Source of the DNA: a virus
Lineage: Duplodnaviria; Caudoviricetes
Virus record (IMG/VR): IMGVR_UViG_3300049173_000143
Coordinates: 1 to 32,038 of that record
Strand: one strand, 5' to 3'
Length of the DNA stretch: 32,038 nucleotides
Made by a program: the position numbers and the translations under genes. The notes beneath the pieces were generated by a model that was not told the DNA's origin, searched no databases, and worked only from the letters and a program-made list of their open reading frames with translations. Below, in pieces: positions 15,534-24,950 of the stretch; position 1 is the first letter of the stretch, and each line of letters begins with the position of its first letter.

Positions 15534-18205
15534 GCGGCCTCCCGCATCGGCTGGGCATCTTCGAAGTCGAAAAGGCCGGGCATGCTGATTTCCTGTTCGG
15601 CCGCCTTGCAGTACGCGGCACCGTCGAGGAAATAAGCGGGGTTCAGTTCAGCTGCGCGGCCGCGGCGCCCGGCCTTCACGGCGCGATAGGGCACGGTCAT
15701 CAGGCCGCCGAACGGGTCGTAGACCTCCTCCCCTGCCATGGACCATTGGGCGATCGCGCGATCGGCGATGTCGAACTGCATCGGGCACAGGTGCATTTCC
15801 TTGCCCTTGGCCGATTGCGCGCCATTGAGGGTCAGCATGCGGGTGATGTCGGACCAGACCTCTTCGGACCAGCTCTGCGGCTGCAGCAGCATGAACGTCA
15901 CAGGCAGCTTGCCCGCCACCTCCAGCGCCTCGCCAATCGACACGTGCTGCTCGAAGTCGTAGACCTGACGCAGCGAGTGGTCCTTGAAGACCTTGAAAAT
16001 CACGTCGTGCGGCAGCGCCAGCAGCTCTTCGCCCGTCAGCAGGCGATTTCCCGAAGACCTGGTGAAACCGTGTGCGTCGATCTGCCAGCGCGAGCGCGAG
16101 TAGCCGGTGCCGGGCACCATCTGCAAGTTGCGGTCGAACGGCACCATGTTGCCGTCCGCGTCGAGGCTGAATGGCTTCAGTTTCGTGATTGGCTTATCTG
16201 CGTAGCTGTTCGACAGATCGCTCGGCGGCTTGCGGAAGATCAGCAGGTACTCGGGCATGCCCACGCCCATCTTCGATGCGTCCTTGCACTGCTCGCTCCA
16301 GCCCAGCCGGTAGGTCTGGTTGTTCTCGCGGACCACGTCCGTCACGATGGTCTTCATGCCCATGTAGGCGAAGCCATGGCGCTGGAAGTGCGCGATCGTG
16401 TGGCAGTGGAACGGGTAGACGGTTTGGAACCCCAGGCCGGTCATGCCGCCTGGCACGATGCGGTCCTTGACGTGGATGGCGGCCAGCCGGCCCGGGTGCA
16501 GCACGCGCAGCAACTCCGGCGTCAGGTAGTCCATCTGCCTGAAGAAATGGTCGTTGCTGTCGGTGTGGCCGAAGTCGGCGTAGTTGGGCGAGTACTCGTA
16601 CTGCGTGCTGAATGGAATAGAGGTCAGGATCAAGCCGACGCTGTTGCTCTCCATGCGCTTCGTCTCGTCGACGCAATCGTTGTTGGCGATCGTGAACAGG
16701 TCGCCCTTCACTTCGACGCGCTCGACGCCGAGCTTTCGGGTCAGCAGGTTCGTCATCGCGGCCGTGGAGAGGCCGTACTCACGGATGATTTCGCTCATGG
16801 TCTGCATCTGCTTGATGTGCTGGTCCCACTTCCGCTCAATCTCGCGGCGCACCGATCGCTCGGCCGCCGTGTAGATCAGGTCGATGCGGACCGGCTTGGG
16901 TTGAAGGAAGCGCTGCAGGCGGTGGATCGCCTGGATGAGGTCGGCGAACTTGAAGCCGATGCCCATGAAAATTGCCCAGGCGCAATGCCGCTGCAGGTTG
17001 CAGCCGGAGCCCAGGATCACGGGCTTGCTGGCCAGTTCCTGAATCTCGCCGTCGCTGAACCGGATCACGGCGTCTTCACGAGCCTCGAGGTCTTGAGAGC
17101 CGTAGACCGTCACTGCCGTGGGAATCGCCTTCTCGATCGCGTGGCGCTCGGCTTCGAGGTCATGCCAAAGCACGCGGTGCGCATCGGGATCCTCGGCACG
17201 CAGTTCGAGGAGCTTGGCCAAGCGCGCCGGCAGGCTGTCGCGCTTCTCGCGCGCTGCTTCGACAACGCCGATCGCTTCCGCCTTGAACATGCGCGCCTGC
17301 CCGAAAGCTTCGTGGCCGGCGTGGTCGTGGTCGGCATCGACCTCATGCCAACGCACGTCGAGCGGCGGCAACTCATAGCCTTCGTCGCTGAAGCCGAGGT
17401 CGGAGGGGCGCTGCACGAACAGGGCCCAGCTCGCCATCCACATCCAGAACTCGCGTTCCTTGTGCGGATGGATCGTCAGCTGGTCGGCCTTTTCACTGTT
17501 GCGCTTGAAGAAGCGTGTCTTGGCCTGGCCGACATCCATGACGCCGAGGAATGCGCAATACGCGAGCAACTCCACGTATTCATTCGGGCTCGGCGTCGCC
17601 GTGGCAACGAACCGGTACCGGACACCATCCGACCGGAGGCGCTCGTGCATGCTGCGGCGATCGTCACCGGCGAACATCGCCATGAACTCTCGGAAGGTCT
17701 TCGTGCCGCCGAACCCGCGCAGGCATGCCGCCTCGTCGAGGCTCGCCACGCTGAAGTGCCGCGGGTCGAGCTTGCCGTCGCGCACCGACTCATAGTTCGT
17801 GAGGTAGATGCCCTCGGGGTCATCAGCCTCTTCAATGCGGCGGATGAACTTGACCTTGATGCTCAGCATCGCGGCGTCGCGCATGAATTCCTGCCGCACG
17901 CCAAGGGGGATCACGATCAAAGCCATGCCGCCGGCGCGGGCCCGCGTGAGACGAACGGTCTCCAGCTGGATCACCGTCTTTCCAAGACCAAAGGCGCAGA
18001 AGATCGCGCGCCGGCCACCGGCAACCGCCCAGATCACGATCGCGATCTGGTGCGGCTTCAGCTTCGGGTTAACGTCTGCCGCGGTGATTTCGAAGCCGAA
18101 CGACTCGGCCATCTGCACCTTGGCGCGCAGGAAGTCCACGTAGCTCGATGCGTTTGCCGCTTCGGGCTTGCCGTCGATGACGGTTGGTTGTTGCACCTGC
18201 ATCAT
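15530..18205 (-). CDS. SNF2-like helicase fused to an N4/N6 DNA methyltransferase (891 aa)
   Basis: AFGLGKT, LDEAA, TATPSPN and QAIHRLQRF helicase motifs; TSIPF (motif IV) and YDPFGGLMT (motif I) in beta-class order. Confidence 0.88.
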   Translation of the reverse strand: MMQVQQPTVIDGKPEAANASSYVDFLRAKVQMAESFGFEITAADVNPKLKPHQIAIVIWAVAGGRRAIFCAFGLGKTVIQLETVRLTRARAGGMALIVIPLGVRQEFMRDAAMLSIKVKFIRRIEEADDPEGIYLTNYESVRDGKLDPRHFSVASLDEAACLRGFGGTKTFREFMAMFAGDDRRSMHERLRSDGVRYRFVATATPSPNEYVELLAYCAFLGVMDVGQAKTRFFKRNSEKADQLTIHPHKEREFWMWMASWALFVQRPSDLGFSDEGYELPPLDVRWHEVDADHDHAGHEAFGQARMFKAEAIGVVEAAREKRDSLPARLAKLLELRAEDPDAHRVLWHDLEAERHAIEKAIPTAVTVYGSQDLEAREDAVIRFSDGEIQELASKPVILGSGCNLQRHCAWAIFMGIGFKFADLIQAIHRLQRFLQPKPVRIDLIYTAAERSVRREIERKWDQHIKQMQTMSEIIREYGLSTAAMTNLLTRKLGVERVEVKGDLFTIANNDCVDETKRMESNSVGLILTSIPFSTQYEYSPNYADFGHTDSNDHFFRQMDYLTPELLRVLHPGRLAAIHVKDRIVPGGMTGLGFQTVYPFHCHTIAHFQRHGFAYMGMKTIVTDVVRENNQTYRLGWSEQCKDASKMGVGMPEYLLIFRKPPSDLSNSYADKPITKLKPFSLDADGNMVPFDRNLQMVPGTGYSRSRWQIDAHGFTRSSGNRLLTGEELLALPHDVIFKVFKDHSLRQVYDFEQHVSIGEALEVAGKLPVTFMLLQPQSWSEEVWSDITRMLTLNGAQSAKGKEMHLCPMQFDIADRAIAQWSMAGEEVYDPFGGLMTVPYRAVKAGRRGRAAELNPAYFLDGAAYCKAAEQEISMPGLFDFEDAQPMREAA

Positions 18206-18462
18206 GCGGAGGCCCCTCCCGCAGCCGCCCGATTGCGCGACTGTTGCTGGGCATCGGACTTGCGGGACAGGCCACGGATGGTGCTGCGATTGACGCCGCG
18301 GGCGGCGGCTGCCTGCGCGGTCTTCGCGGAAGCGGCGCGTGCATTGGCCTCGGCTTGCAGCGCGCGGGCCGTCTCGCTCACGGTGTCGCGCCAGAAGAAT
18401 GCCGAGGCGGGCGTGGCCGGGCGGCCAGCTGGCCAGCGGATAGAGTCGAGCGAATCAACCAC
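18202..18462 (-). CDS. Hypothetical protein (86 aa)
   Basis: Overlaps both neighbours in the operon. Confidence 0.55.
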   Translation of the reverse strand: MVDSLDSIRWPAGRPATPASAFFWRDTVSETARALQAEANARAASAKTAQAAAARGVNRSTIRGLSRKSDAQQQSRNRAAAGGASA

Positions 18463-18718
18463 GGCTCACCTCCACGCGCTTCGTGATCTTGAGGAAGGCC
18501 GACAGGCGCATCGTGAACTCGCCGCTGCCGCGCACCAGGTCACCGTCGTCGTTGAGATAGCGCACCACCACGGCAGCCATGCCGTCCGCGGTTTCGAAGC
18601 GCTGAATTTCCGCGACGCGGCCCGAGGGCATGCGAAACCACTGGTGCACCTCGAGCATCACCGTAGGGGCGTGCTGCGGGAACGCGGGGTTGAAGTCGCT
18701 TGCGACGGCCATGCTCAT
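18455..18718 (-). CDS. Hypothetical protein (87 aa)
   Basis: ATGA-coupled, beta-rich sequence. Confidence 0.7.
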   Translation of the reverse strand: MSMAVASDFNPAFPQHAPTVMLEVHQWFRMPSGRVAEIQRFETADGMAAVVVRYLNDDGDLVRGSGEFTMRLSAFLKITKRVEVSRG

Positions 18719-19002
18719 GCCCGCCCCGTCTGCGCAGCGTCAGACAAACTGCTGACCATGCCCAGGCGCTTCTCAAGCACCATGCGGACATGACTCTTTC
18801 CGAAGCAATCCACCGAAGCCAAGTACTCCAGGTACTCGGACTCGGAACTGAACTGCAGATCGACCCAGCGGCGGCGCACGCTTTCCTTCAGGTCGTCGGA
18901 AACGCGCGCCTCCAGCTTGGAGGTTTTTTTCCCGCCCAGGATGGAGCGGGCAAACATGGGAACGCCGGCTTCAGCCGTGTCGTCGGGTGGGGAGGTGTGC
19001 AT
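18715..19002 (-). CDS. Ribbon-helix-helix regulator in the cII position
   Basis: KTSKLEARVSDDLKESVRRRWVDLQFSSESEYLEYL; GAGAGG SD. Confidence 0.65.
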   Translation of the reverse strand: MHTSPPDDTAEAGVPMFARSILGGKKTSKLEARVSDDLKESVRRRWVDLQFSSESEYLEYLASVDCFGKSHVRMVLEKRLGMVSSLSDAAQTGRA

Positions 19003-19025
19003 GGGGCCCTCTCGTAGGTCGTGGG

Positions 19026-19214
19026 TCAGGAGAAAGGCACCAGCTCGCGCATGCGACTGTGGAATGCCGCTGCGAACTGGTGGTGTTTGGCGCTGGCCGT
19101 CTCGGGGTCGAAGGGGTTGGCCTCTTCGTGGGCCTCTCCCCTGTCTGCAGCCGAACGGGCTACCTCCCGGATTTCGGCTGCAGTGAGTGCGGCAAGGGGT
19201 TTGATGTGGTGCAT
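19026..19214 (-). CDS. Hypothetical protein (62 aa)
   Basis: Starts directly after the cro stop. Confidence 0.65.
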   Translation of the reverse strand: MHHIKPLAALTAAEIREVARSAADRGEAHEEANPFDPETASAKHHQFAAAFHSRMRELVPFS

Positions 19215-19466
19215 CTACTGCCCGCCTTTCCGTTCCGCGGCCCTGGCACGGCGGACCAGCGACCACTTCGTCTTGTCGTTCAACTCCTCGCAGGGGATGC
19301 CAGAGACGGCGGAGACTTCCGGCGTCTTTTCGGCAGAAACGCGCCCTACTTCGAGCCAGTGCTCGACGTGCTGGCGGAGCACACCGTTGCCGACGGCGAG
19401 CGCCAGCTTGGTTGGGCTGTTGTCGAACTTCTCGACAGCTCTTTGAATACCGGTTTTCAGTGTCAT
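19215..19466 (-). CDS. cro: Cro-like repressor (83 aa)
   Basis: HTH SPTKLALAVGNGVLRQHVEHWLEVG; divergent from cI. Confidence 0.85.
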   Translation of the reverse strand: MTLKTGIQRAVEKFDNSPTKLALAVGNGVLRQHVEHWLEVGRVSAEKTPEVSAVSGIPCEELNDKTKWSLVRRARAAERKGGQ

Positions 19467-19480
19467 AGTTTGCGCAAAAT

Positions 19481-19543
19481 GCAAAGTTGTTTGCACTGTA
19501 GCACGCAAACAAGATTGCCGCAAACTCGCGCAAAATCTTTTGC
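19481..19543. promoter_or_regulatory. Three operators (OR-like), consensus GCAA-N6-TTGC
   Basis: 19481-19494, 19505-19518 and 19530-19543; the last abuts the cI ATG. Confidence 0.85.
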
Positions 19544-20320
19544 ATGAAAACCATCGGCCAACAAGCGCAGGAATTCCGTGAAGTCATGGGCTGGACGCGC
19601 ACGCGCATGGCCGCGGAGGTATCGAGACACGCTGCAAAAACCGTCAGCCGGCAAGCCATCACGCAGCTCGAGGAAGTAGGCGACCGACGCCCGCACTACC
19701 TGAGCGCGCTTGCCAAAACGATGAGAACGACGGTGGAGACACTCGAAGCCGGCAAGTACATCGCCGACAAAGAGAAGCTCACCGGCGCACTGGCGGCCGA
19801 GATTCAGGCCCTGGACAGCGCGTGGGCTGAGGGAGACGGAGTCGATCCCCGTCCCGTTGTGGCCCGCCATCCGGAGGACACACCTCCAGCAGGCATGGTG
19901 GAAATCCCAGAATCGACGTTGGCCTTCAGTGCAGGCCCAGGCGCAACAATGAGCTTTGAACTAGTTGACGACAGTGAGCCGGTGATCTACCAGCTCTCAT
20001 GGTTCCAGAAAATGCACATCAGCCCTGACACCGTGCGACGGTTCAAGGTGAAAGATGACAGCGCGGAACCGCTCGCCTATGAAGGGGACAGCATCCTCGT
20101 GAATCACGCCGAAACCGAGATCATCGACGGCAAGGTCTACGCCTTTCGCTACGGCGGCGACCTGCGAGTCAAGAAACTTTATCGTCGGCTGGACGGCACG
20201 CTAATCCTTCGAAGCATCAACCCCGCCTACAAGGACGAAGAAGTGCCGCCCGCCCTGGCGCAGGAGCACATCACCATCATTGGCAGAGTCCGCGATAAGG
20301 CCGGCCCTGGTGGCCTCTAA
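19544..20320 (+). CDS. cI: CI-like repressor (HTH plus S24 autopeptidase)
   Basis: N-terminal HTH, Ala-Gly site (FSAGPG), Ser (DDSAEP) and Lys (VKKL) dyad. Confidence 0.93.
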   Translation: MKTIGQQAQEFREVMGWTRTRMAAEVSRHAAKTVSRQAITQLEEVGDRRPHYLSALAKTMRTTVETLEAGKYIADKEKLTGALAAEIQALDSAWAEGDGVDPRPVVARHPEDTPPAGMVEIPESTLAFSAGPGATMSFELVDDSEPVIYQLSWFQKMHISPDTVRRFKVKDDSAEPLAYEGDSILVNHAETEIIDGKVYAFRYGGDLRVKKLYRRLDGTLILRSINPAYKDEEVPPALAQEHITIIGRVRDKAGPGGL

Positions 20321-20344
20321 AAGAGAAGGATCAAAGGTCAGTCC

Positions 20345-20620
20345 ATGAAGCTTTCTATGCTCGCTGCAACCGCTCTCGTTGCGCTCGCTGGTTGCACGTC
20401 GCCCACCGGTATCGTGCCGATCGGCAATGGCATTTACATGTCGTCAAAGCTTGGCGGGATGACGACGTACAGCGGTGGTCAGGTGAAGGCCGAATTGTTC
20501 AAGGAAGCCGGAGAGTTTTGCGCCAAGCAGGGTAAGCAGGTCACTCCCTTGAACTCCAGTTCGATTGACACGATCACCACCAACTACGCATCTGCCGAAA
20601 TCCAGTTCCGATGCGAATGA
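20345..20620 (+). CDS. Small lipoprotein, probably co-transcribed with cI
   Basis: Signal peptide with lipobox LAGC and two further Cys. Confidence 0.8.
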   Translation: MKLSMLAATALVALAGCTSPTGIVPIGNGIYMSSKLGGMTTYSGGQVKAELFKEAGEFCAKQGKQVTPLNSSSIDTITTNYASAEIQFRCE

Positions 20621-20991
20621 CGACGCCGAAAACATGGCTCACCCCACTCCTCTGGATGGGCGCTGGAGCTGTGCTCGTCTACCTTTTGCTCGCTGCGTCC
20701 GCAAGCAAGGAGACCACGTCAAAGGCGGCAACGAAGCGCGCAGCCGAGAACAAGGCGGCGGCCGATCAGGTCCTCAAGAAAGGGACAACCACCCAACTCC
20801 ATTACACGGATGAAGGGCAACTTGTCCTGCTGGAGATTCCTTCGCGTGACAAGCTCACTGGGTTGATTGAGATCAAGCGTTGCTATGTCTGGCGCGACGC
20901 GGCTTATCTAACCACGGCAATGGCATGCGAAGGAGCGAACGAAGATCGCTTCGACCTAGCGCGCGAGGACAACGGCACCTTCGCCGAATAG
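20617..20991 (+). CDS. Membrane-anchored hypothetical protein
   Basis: N-terminal TM helix; ATGA overlap with the lipoprotein gene. Confidence 0.7.
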   Translation: MTTPKTWLTPLLWMGAGAVLVYLLLAASASKETTSKAATKRAAENKAAADQVLKKGTTTQLHYTDEGQLVLLEIPSRDKLTGLIEIKRCYVWRDAAYLTTAMACEGANEDRFDLAREDNGTFAE

Positions 20992-21009
20992 CCTCGCCCT
21001 CCCCTGCAC

Positions 21010-21034
21010 AAGCCCGCCGCGAGCGGGTTTTTTT
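21010..21034 (+). terminator. Intrinsic terminator of the immunity operon
   Basis: AAGCCCGC-CGCGA-GCGGGTTT followed by TTTT. Confidence 0.85.
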
Positions 21035-21052
21035 GCGTCCACACAGCGGCGC

Positions 21053-21105
21053 GCAACTTTTTTTGCTTTTTTTGCTTGCGCTCTGCGCAAACTTGTTTGC
21101 ATAAT
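21053..21105 (+). promoter_or_regulatory. PL-like promoter with two GCAA-N6-TTGC operators
   Basis: Operators at 21053-21066 and 21087-21100; TTGCGC-18-CATAAT. Confidence 0.75.
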
Positions 21106-21145
21106 CGCTCCCAGCCGGTCTTAAGCCGGTCTGAAAGGAGCCACT

Positions 21146-21589
21146 TTGGTAAACGAAGCAGCAGCTGCAGCGTCAGCAACAGGACTCAAAGACACCCGCC
21201 GCGCGTACGGCCGGGCCTTCCGCCCAATGCCCAAACAGGCGCCGGAATTGACCCTGGTGCCACTCGAGCCGACCCATCAGGATGGCTGGAGAGTCGGCCG
21301 CAATGCCACCCGCCGCAACATCTTTGCCGCAGCCGCTGAGCAGAACCTGCTGAACGAGCAGGACCGCGCTGACCGACTGGTCGAGTACATCGCGGCCCTG
21401 TCGGCAACCACCGAGTGCGAGTGGCGCTACGAAATGGCGTCCGGTCAGGCATACGTCGACGGTGCCCTGCACTTCGTGCGCCTGTGGGGCATGCAGGCCG
21501 AACTCGACCCGTCGGGCGCGATCTGGCGCTCGGTGGCACCTGAAGGTTTCTGCGTGGCGCAACCGCGCATCGTGAGGGCTGCATCGTGA
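21146..21589 (+). CDS. Hypothetical protein, first gene of the early operon
   Basis: AAGGAG SD and TTG start; GTGA coupling downstream. Confidence 0.7.
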   Translation: MVNEAAAAASATGLKDTRRAYGRAFRPMPKQAPELTLVPLEPTHQDGWRVGRNATRRNIFAAAAEQNLLNEQDRADRLVEYIAALSATTECEWRYEMASGQAYVDGALHFVRLWGMQAELDPSGAIWRSVAPEGFCVAQPRIVRAAS

Positions 21590-21855
21590 GCGCCGCCCTC
21601 TTCCCCACCCCGCTTTCTGCGCCCGCGCAGTTCGTCGGCAAGGTCGATGCGACGCACGAGCGCACAACGCTCTGCCCTCGCACGTTGGCCGAGGCCTTCG
21701 GCGAAGCAAACGCCAGCGGCGTGATCGTGCCGCTGCCTGACCCCGATGCCTCCGACAAGGCCGAACGCATCGTCGTGCGCGGCAGCGCCGCGGCCGGCTT
21801 CGCTCTCCTGCTGATTCTGGTTGCCGAGCGAGTTGCGCCATGGCTCTTCGCCTGA
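21586..21855 (+). CDS. Hypothetical protein with C-terminal TM helix
   Basis: Coupled GTG start; hydrophobic C-terminus. Confidence 0.7.
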   Translation: MSAALFPTPLSAPAQFVGKVDATHERTTLCPRTLAEAFGEANASGVIVPLPDPDASDKAERIVVRGSAAAGFALLLILVAERVAPWLFA

Positions 21856-22028
21856 TTACCACTCCCATTCGCCGGCCTCGTGCGGACTCATTCCCGCGCG
21901 ACACGCCTGAACCGGCCGCCGAACTCGACGCGGCCTTCAACAGGCTCCTCTCACGCGCACGTCTCTGGCTGTGCGCCTTTGTCACCGCTGCCCACGTCGG
22001 GCTTGTTCTCTTCCTCTTCTTTCGCTGA
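21840..22028 (+). CDS. Small membrane protein (62 aa)
   Basis: C-terminal hydrophobic helix; fills the gap before recT. Confidence 0.6.
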   Translation: MALRLITTPIRRPRADSFPRDTPEPAAELDAAFNRLLSRARLWLCAFVTAAHVGLVLFLFFR

Positions 22029-22038
22029 AAGGCACTTC

Positions 22039-23181
22039 GTGAACGCAACCACTCAACCCGAAACCACCGCGCTCGCGATCAGCAGCGCATCCGCCGGCGC
22101 GCTGCTGATGGATACCGGCAGCATGGACCGCCTCGAGCGTATCGCCGAGCTGATGGCCAGCGGCAAGACCACAGTGCCGGCACACCTGCGCCAAAACAAG
22201 GGCGATTGCTTCGCCATCTGCCTGCAGTCGATGCAATGGAGCATGAACCCGTTCGCGGTTGCGCAGAAAACGCACCTGGTGAACGGCACCTTGGGCTACG
22301 AAGCGCAGCTGATTGCCGCCGTCATCAACACCAGCGGCGCGGTGAAGGATCGTTTCCACTTCGAGTGGTTCGGCGACTGGACCAAGATCGTCGGCCGATT
22401 CAAGGAGGTCGTGTCCTCGAAGAAGACCGACGACAACGGCCAGCCGAAGAAATACATCGTTCCCGCTTGGAGCCAAGAAGACGAGCGAGGCCTCGGGGTC
22501 CGCGTGTGGGCCACCATCAAGGGCGAAAACGAGCCTCGCGTGCTGGAACTGCTGATGACGCAAGCCCGCACGCGCAACAGCACGCTCTGGACTGAAGACC
22601 CGAAGCAGCAGCTCGCCTATCTGGCGCAAAAACGGTGGTCGCGGCTCTACGCCCCTGACGTGATCCTCGGCGTCTATTCGCCCGATGAACTCGACCAATC
22701 CGGGGAAAAGTTTATGGGCATGGCCGAGGAAGTGCCGCCCCCGCCGCCACCGACCTACGACCAGGCGAAGTTCGACGCCAATTTCCCGCAGTGGGCCGAA
22801 ATCATCCGCGCGGGCCGCAAGACCGCTGACGCCTTCATCCAGTTCGTGGAGGCCCGCGGTGAGCCCTACACGGAAGAGCAGAAGGCGAAGCTGCGCGCCG
22901 TGAAGGTAGGCACCGGGGCAACGGCTACGGACGTTGAGGCGAAGCCCAAGGCGGCCGCGGAAGCGCCATCCGCATCGCCTGTCCCCGCTGCGGCGGCCCC
23001 TGTCGAAACCCCTGCCGCTGCGTTCACCTATGCCGTCATCGCTGACCGCATCGCGAAGGCCCAGACGCAGGAAGACCTGCAGGACATGGACGAGCTGATC
23101 GGCGGCATCGCCGACGCCGGCCAACGCGAAGAACTCACCACCAAGCTCAAGGCGCGCGCCGACGAGCTGCCCCCGTTCTAA
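22039..23181 (+). CDS. recT: RecT-family ssDNA annealing protein
   Basis: VPAHLRQNKGDCFAICLQSMQWSMNPFAVAQKTHLVNGTLGYEAQL...WTEDPKQQLAYLAQKRWSRLYAPDVILGVYSPDEL; GTG start at 22039. Confidence 0.9.
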   Translation: MNATTQPETTALAISSASAGALLMDTGSMDRLERIAELMASGKTTVPAHLRQNKGDCFAICLQSMQWSMNPFAVAQKTHLVNGTLGYEAQLIAAVINTSGAVKDRFHFEWFGDWTKIVGRFKEVVSSKKTDDNGQPKKYIVPAWSQEDERGLGVRVWATIKGENEPRVLELLMTQARTRNSTLWTEDPKQQLAYLAQKRWSRLYAPDVILGVYSPDELDQSGEKFMGMAEEVPPPPPPTYDQAKFDANFPQWAEIIRAGRKTADAFIQFVEARGEPYTEEQKAKLRAVKVGTGATATDVEAKPKAAAEAPSASPVPAAAAPVETPAAAFTYAVIADRIAKAQTQEDLQDMDELIGGIADAGQREELTTKLKARADELPPF

Positions 23182-23195
23182 GGAGCCCTGAACCC

Positions 23196-24929
23196 ATGAA
23201 GACCGTCAACCTCATCCAGGGCAGCGCCGAGTGGCTCGCCCACCGCGCGCAGCACTTCAACGCGAGCGACGCGCCGGCCATGCTGGGGCTATCGCCCTAC
23301 AAGACGCGCACCGAGCTCATCCGGGAGCGCGCAACCGGCCTGGCCGCTGAAGTCGACCCTGTCACGCAGCGCCGCTTCGACGATGGGCACCGGTCCGAAC
23401 GTCTCGCGCGTCCGCTTGCCGAAAAGATCATCGGCGAGGAACTGTCGCCGCTCGTCGGCGTGGCCGACCATGGGACCTACTCGGCCAGCTTCGACGGCCT
23501 GACCATGATGGAAGACCAGGCGTTCGAACACAAGGCGCTCAACAACCGGCTGCGCGCAGCCATGGTCGATGGCTGCAGCGGTGCCGACCTGCCCGAGGAC
23601 TACCAGGTTCAGATGGAGCACCAGTGCATGGTGTGCCCATCGCTCGAGCGCGTGCTGTTCATGGCTTCGAAGTGGGCAGACGACGGCACGCTCATCGAGG
23701 AGCGCCACTGCTGGTACACGCCGAACCCTGCGCTGCGCGCGCGCGTCGTTGCGGGCTGGAAGCAGTTCGCAGAGGACGTGGCGAACTACTCGCCGCCCGC
23801 GGCTTCCGCCGTTGAAAAGATCGTGGCCGAGCCGGTCGAATCTCTGCCGGCTCCCTTCGTGCAGGTCACGGGCCAACTCACCCTGCAGGACAACTTCAAG
23901 GTGTTCGAAGAGCGCCTACGCGACTTCCTCGACAACCAGCTGATCCGCGAGCCGAAGACCGACGAGGACTTCGTGAACCTGGATGCGCAGATCAAGGCCA
24001 TGAAGCAAGGCCGGGAAGCCCTGAAGGCTGCCAAGGCGCAAATGCTCGCCCAGGTCCAACCCGTCGACATGGCGAACAAGGCCGCCGACACGCTCGACAA
24101 GCTGCTGCAGCAGAACTGCAAGTTGGCCGAGGACCTCCTATCGGCTGAGAAAGAGCGCCGTCGCGGTGAAATCGTGGCGGCGGGTGTGAAGGGTCTGCAA
24201 GACCACATCGCCGCCCTGAATCAGCGCCTGGGCAAGCCGTACATGCCTCAGGTGCCGGCCGACTTCGGAGCCGCCATCAAGGGCCTGAAATCTCTCGCCA
24301 GCATGGACGACAAGGTGGGCGCCGAGCTTACCCGCGCGAAGATCGCAGCCAGCGAGATTGCCGATCGCATCCAGATCAACCTGACCACGCTGCGCGAGTA
24401 CGCCGCCGAGCACGCTTTTCTCTTCCCCGACACGGCCCAGATCGTCCAGAAAGCACCCGACGACCTGACGACGCTGGTGAAGGCCCGGATCGCTGAGCAC
24501 CAAGAGAAGGAACGGATTCGCATTGAGGTCGAGCGCGAGCGCATCCGTGCCGAGGAACAGGCCAAGGCCAAGTCCGATGCCGACGCTGCCATCGCCGCTT
24601 CGACCGCAGCGGCTGCGCCGACCTCTGCCCCGGCGCCATCCGCGCCCGCGCTCACTCCGGCCCCGGTGTTGGAAGTCATCGCCTCCGCACCGGCCGCGAA
24701 CGAACCCGCGCCAGGCATGCCGCCGGCGCTGAGCATCGGCGTCATCAACGAGCGGCTCAAGTACTTCACCGTGACTGCCGAAGCCCTGCGCGGCCTCGGC
24801 TTCGAGCCAGCGGGTCGGGAGCGAGCCGCGCCCCGCTACCACGAGCACCAGTTCCCCGGCATCTGCGAGGCCGTGGCCAAGCGTGCCCTCCTCGTCCGCC
24901 AGGACTTCCTGCAGCCGCGCGCTGCCTGA
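23196..24929 (+). CDS. YqaJ/lambda-exonuclease family protein with long coiled-coil extension
   Basis: QGSAEWLAHR...ASDAPAMLGLSPY...ASFDG...EHK...YQVQMEHQ. Confidence 0.9.
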   Translation: MKTVNLIQGSAEWLAHRAQHFNASDAPAMLGLSPYKTRTELIRERATGLAAEVDPVTQRRFDDGHRSERLARPLAEKIIGEELSPLVGVADHGTYSASFDGLTMMEDQAFEHKALNNRLRAAMVDGCSGADLPEDYQVQMEHQCMVCPSLERVLFMASKWADDGTLIEERHCWYTPNPALRARVVAGWKQFAEDVANYSPPAASAVEKIVAEPVESLPAPFVQVTGQLTLQDNFKVFEERLRDFLDNQLIREPKTDEDFVNLDAQIKAMKQGREALKAAKAQMLAQVQPVDMANKAADTLDKLLQQNCKLAEDLLSAEKERRRGEIVAAGVKGLQDHIAALNQRLGKPYMPQVPADFGAAIKGLKSLASMDDKVGAELTRAKIAASEIADRIQINLTTLREYAAEHAFLFPDTAQIVQKAPDDLTTLVKARIAEHQEKERIRIEVERERIRAEEQAKAKSDADAAIAASTAAAAPTSAPAPSAPALTPAPVLEVIASAPAANEPAPGMPPALSIGVINERLKYFTVTAEALRGLGFEPAGRERAAPRYHEHQFPGICEAVAKRALLVRQDFLQPRAA

Positions 24930-24950
24930 CACACCACCACAGGAGCTTTT

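Noticed and set aside
15368-18793. 1141-aa + strand ORF, and similar ORFs at 142-1032, 1198-2301, 2711-4189, 21982-23124 and 28685-29812
   Set aside because: Antisense shadows of real genes in GC-rich DNA, with no recognisable motifs.
21111-21133. AGCCGGTCT tandem repeat or hairpin after PL as a nut-like site
   Set aside because: No boxA match, no counterpart seen after cro, and no recognisable N protein.
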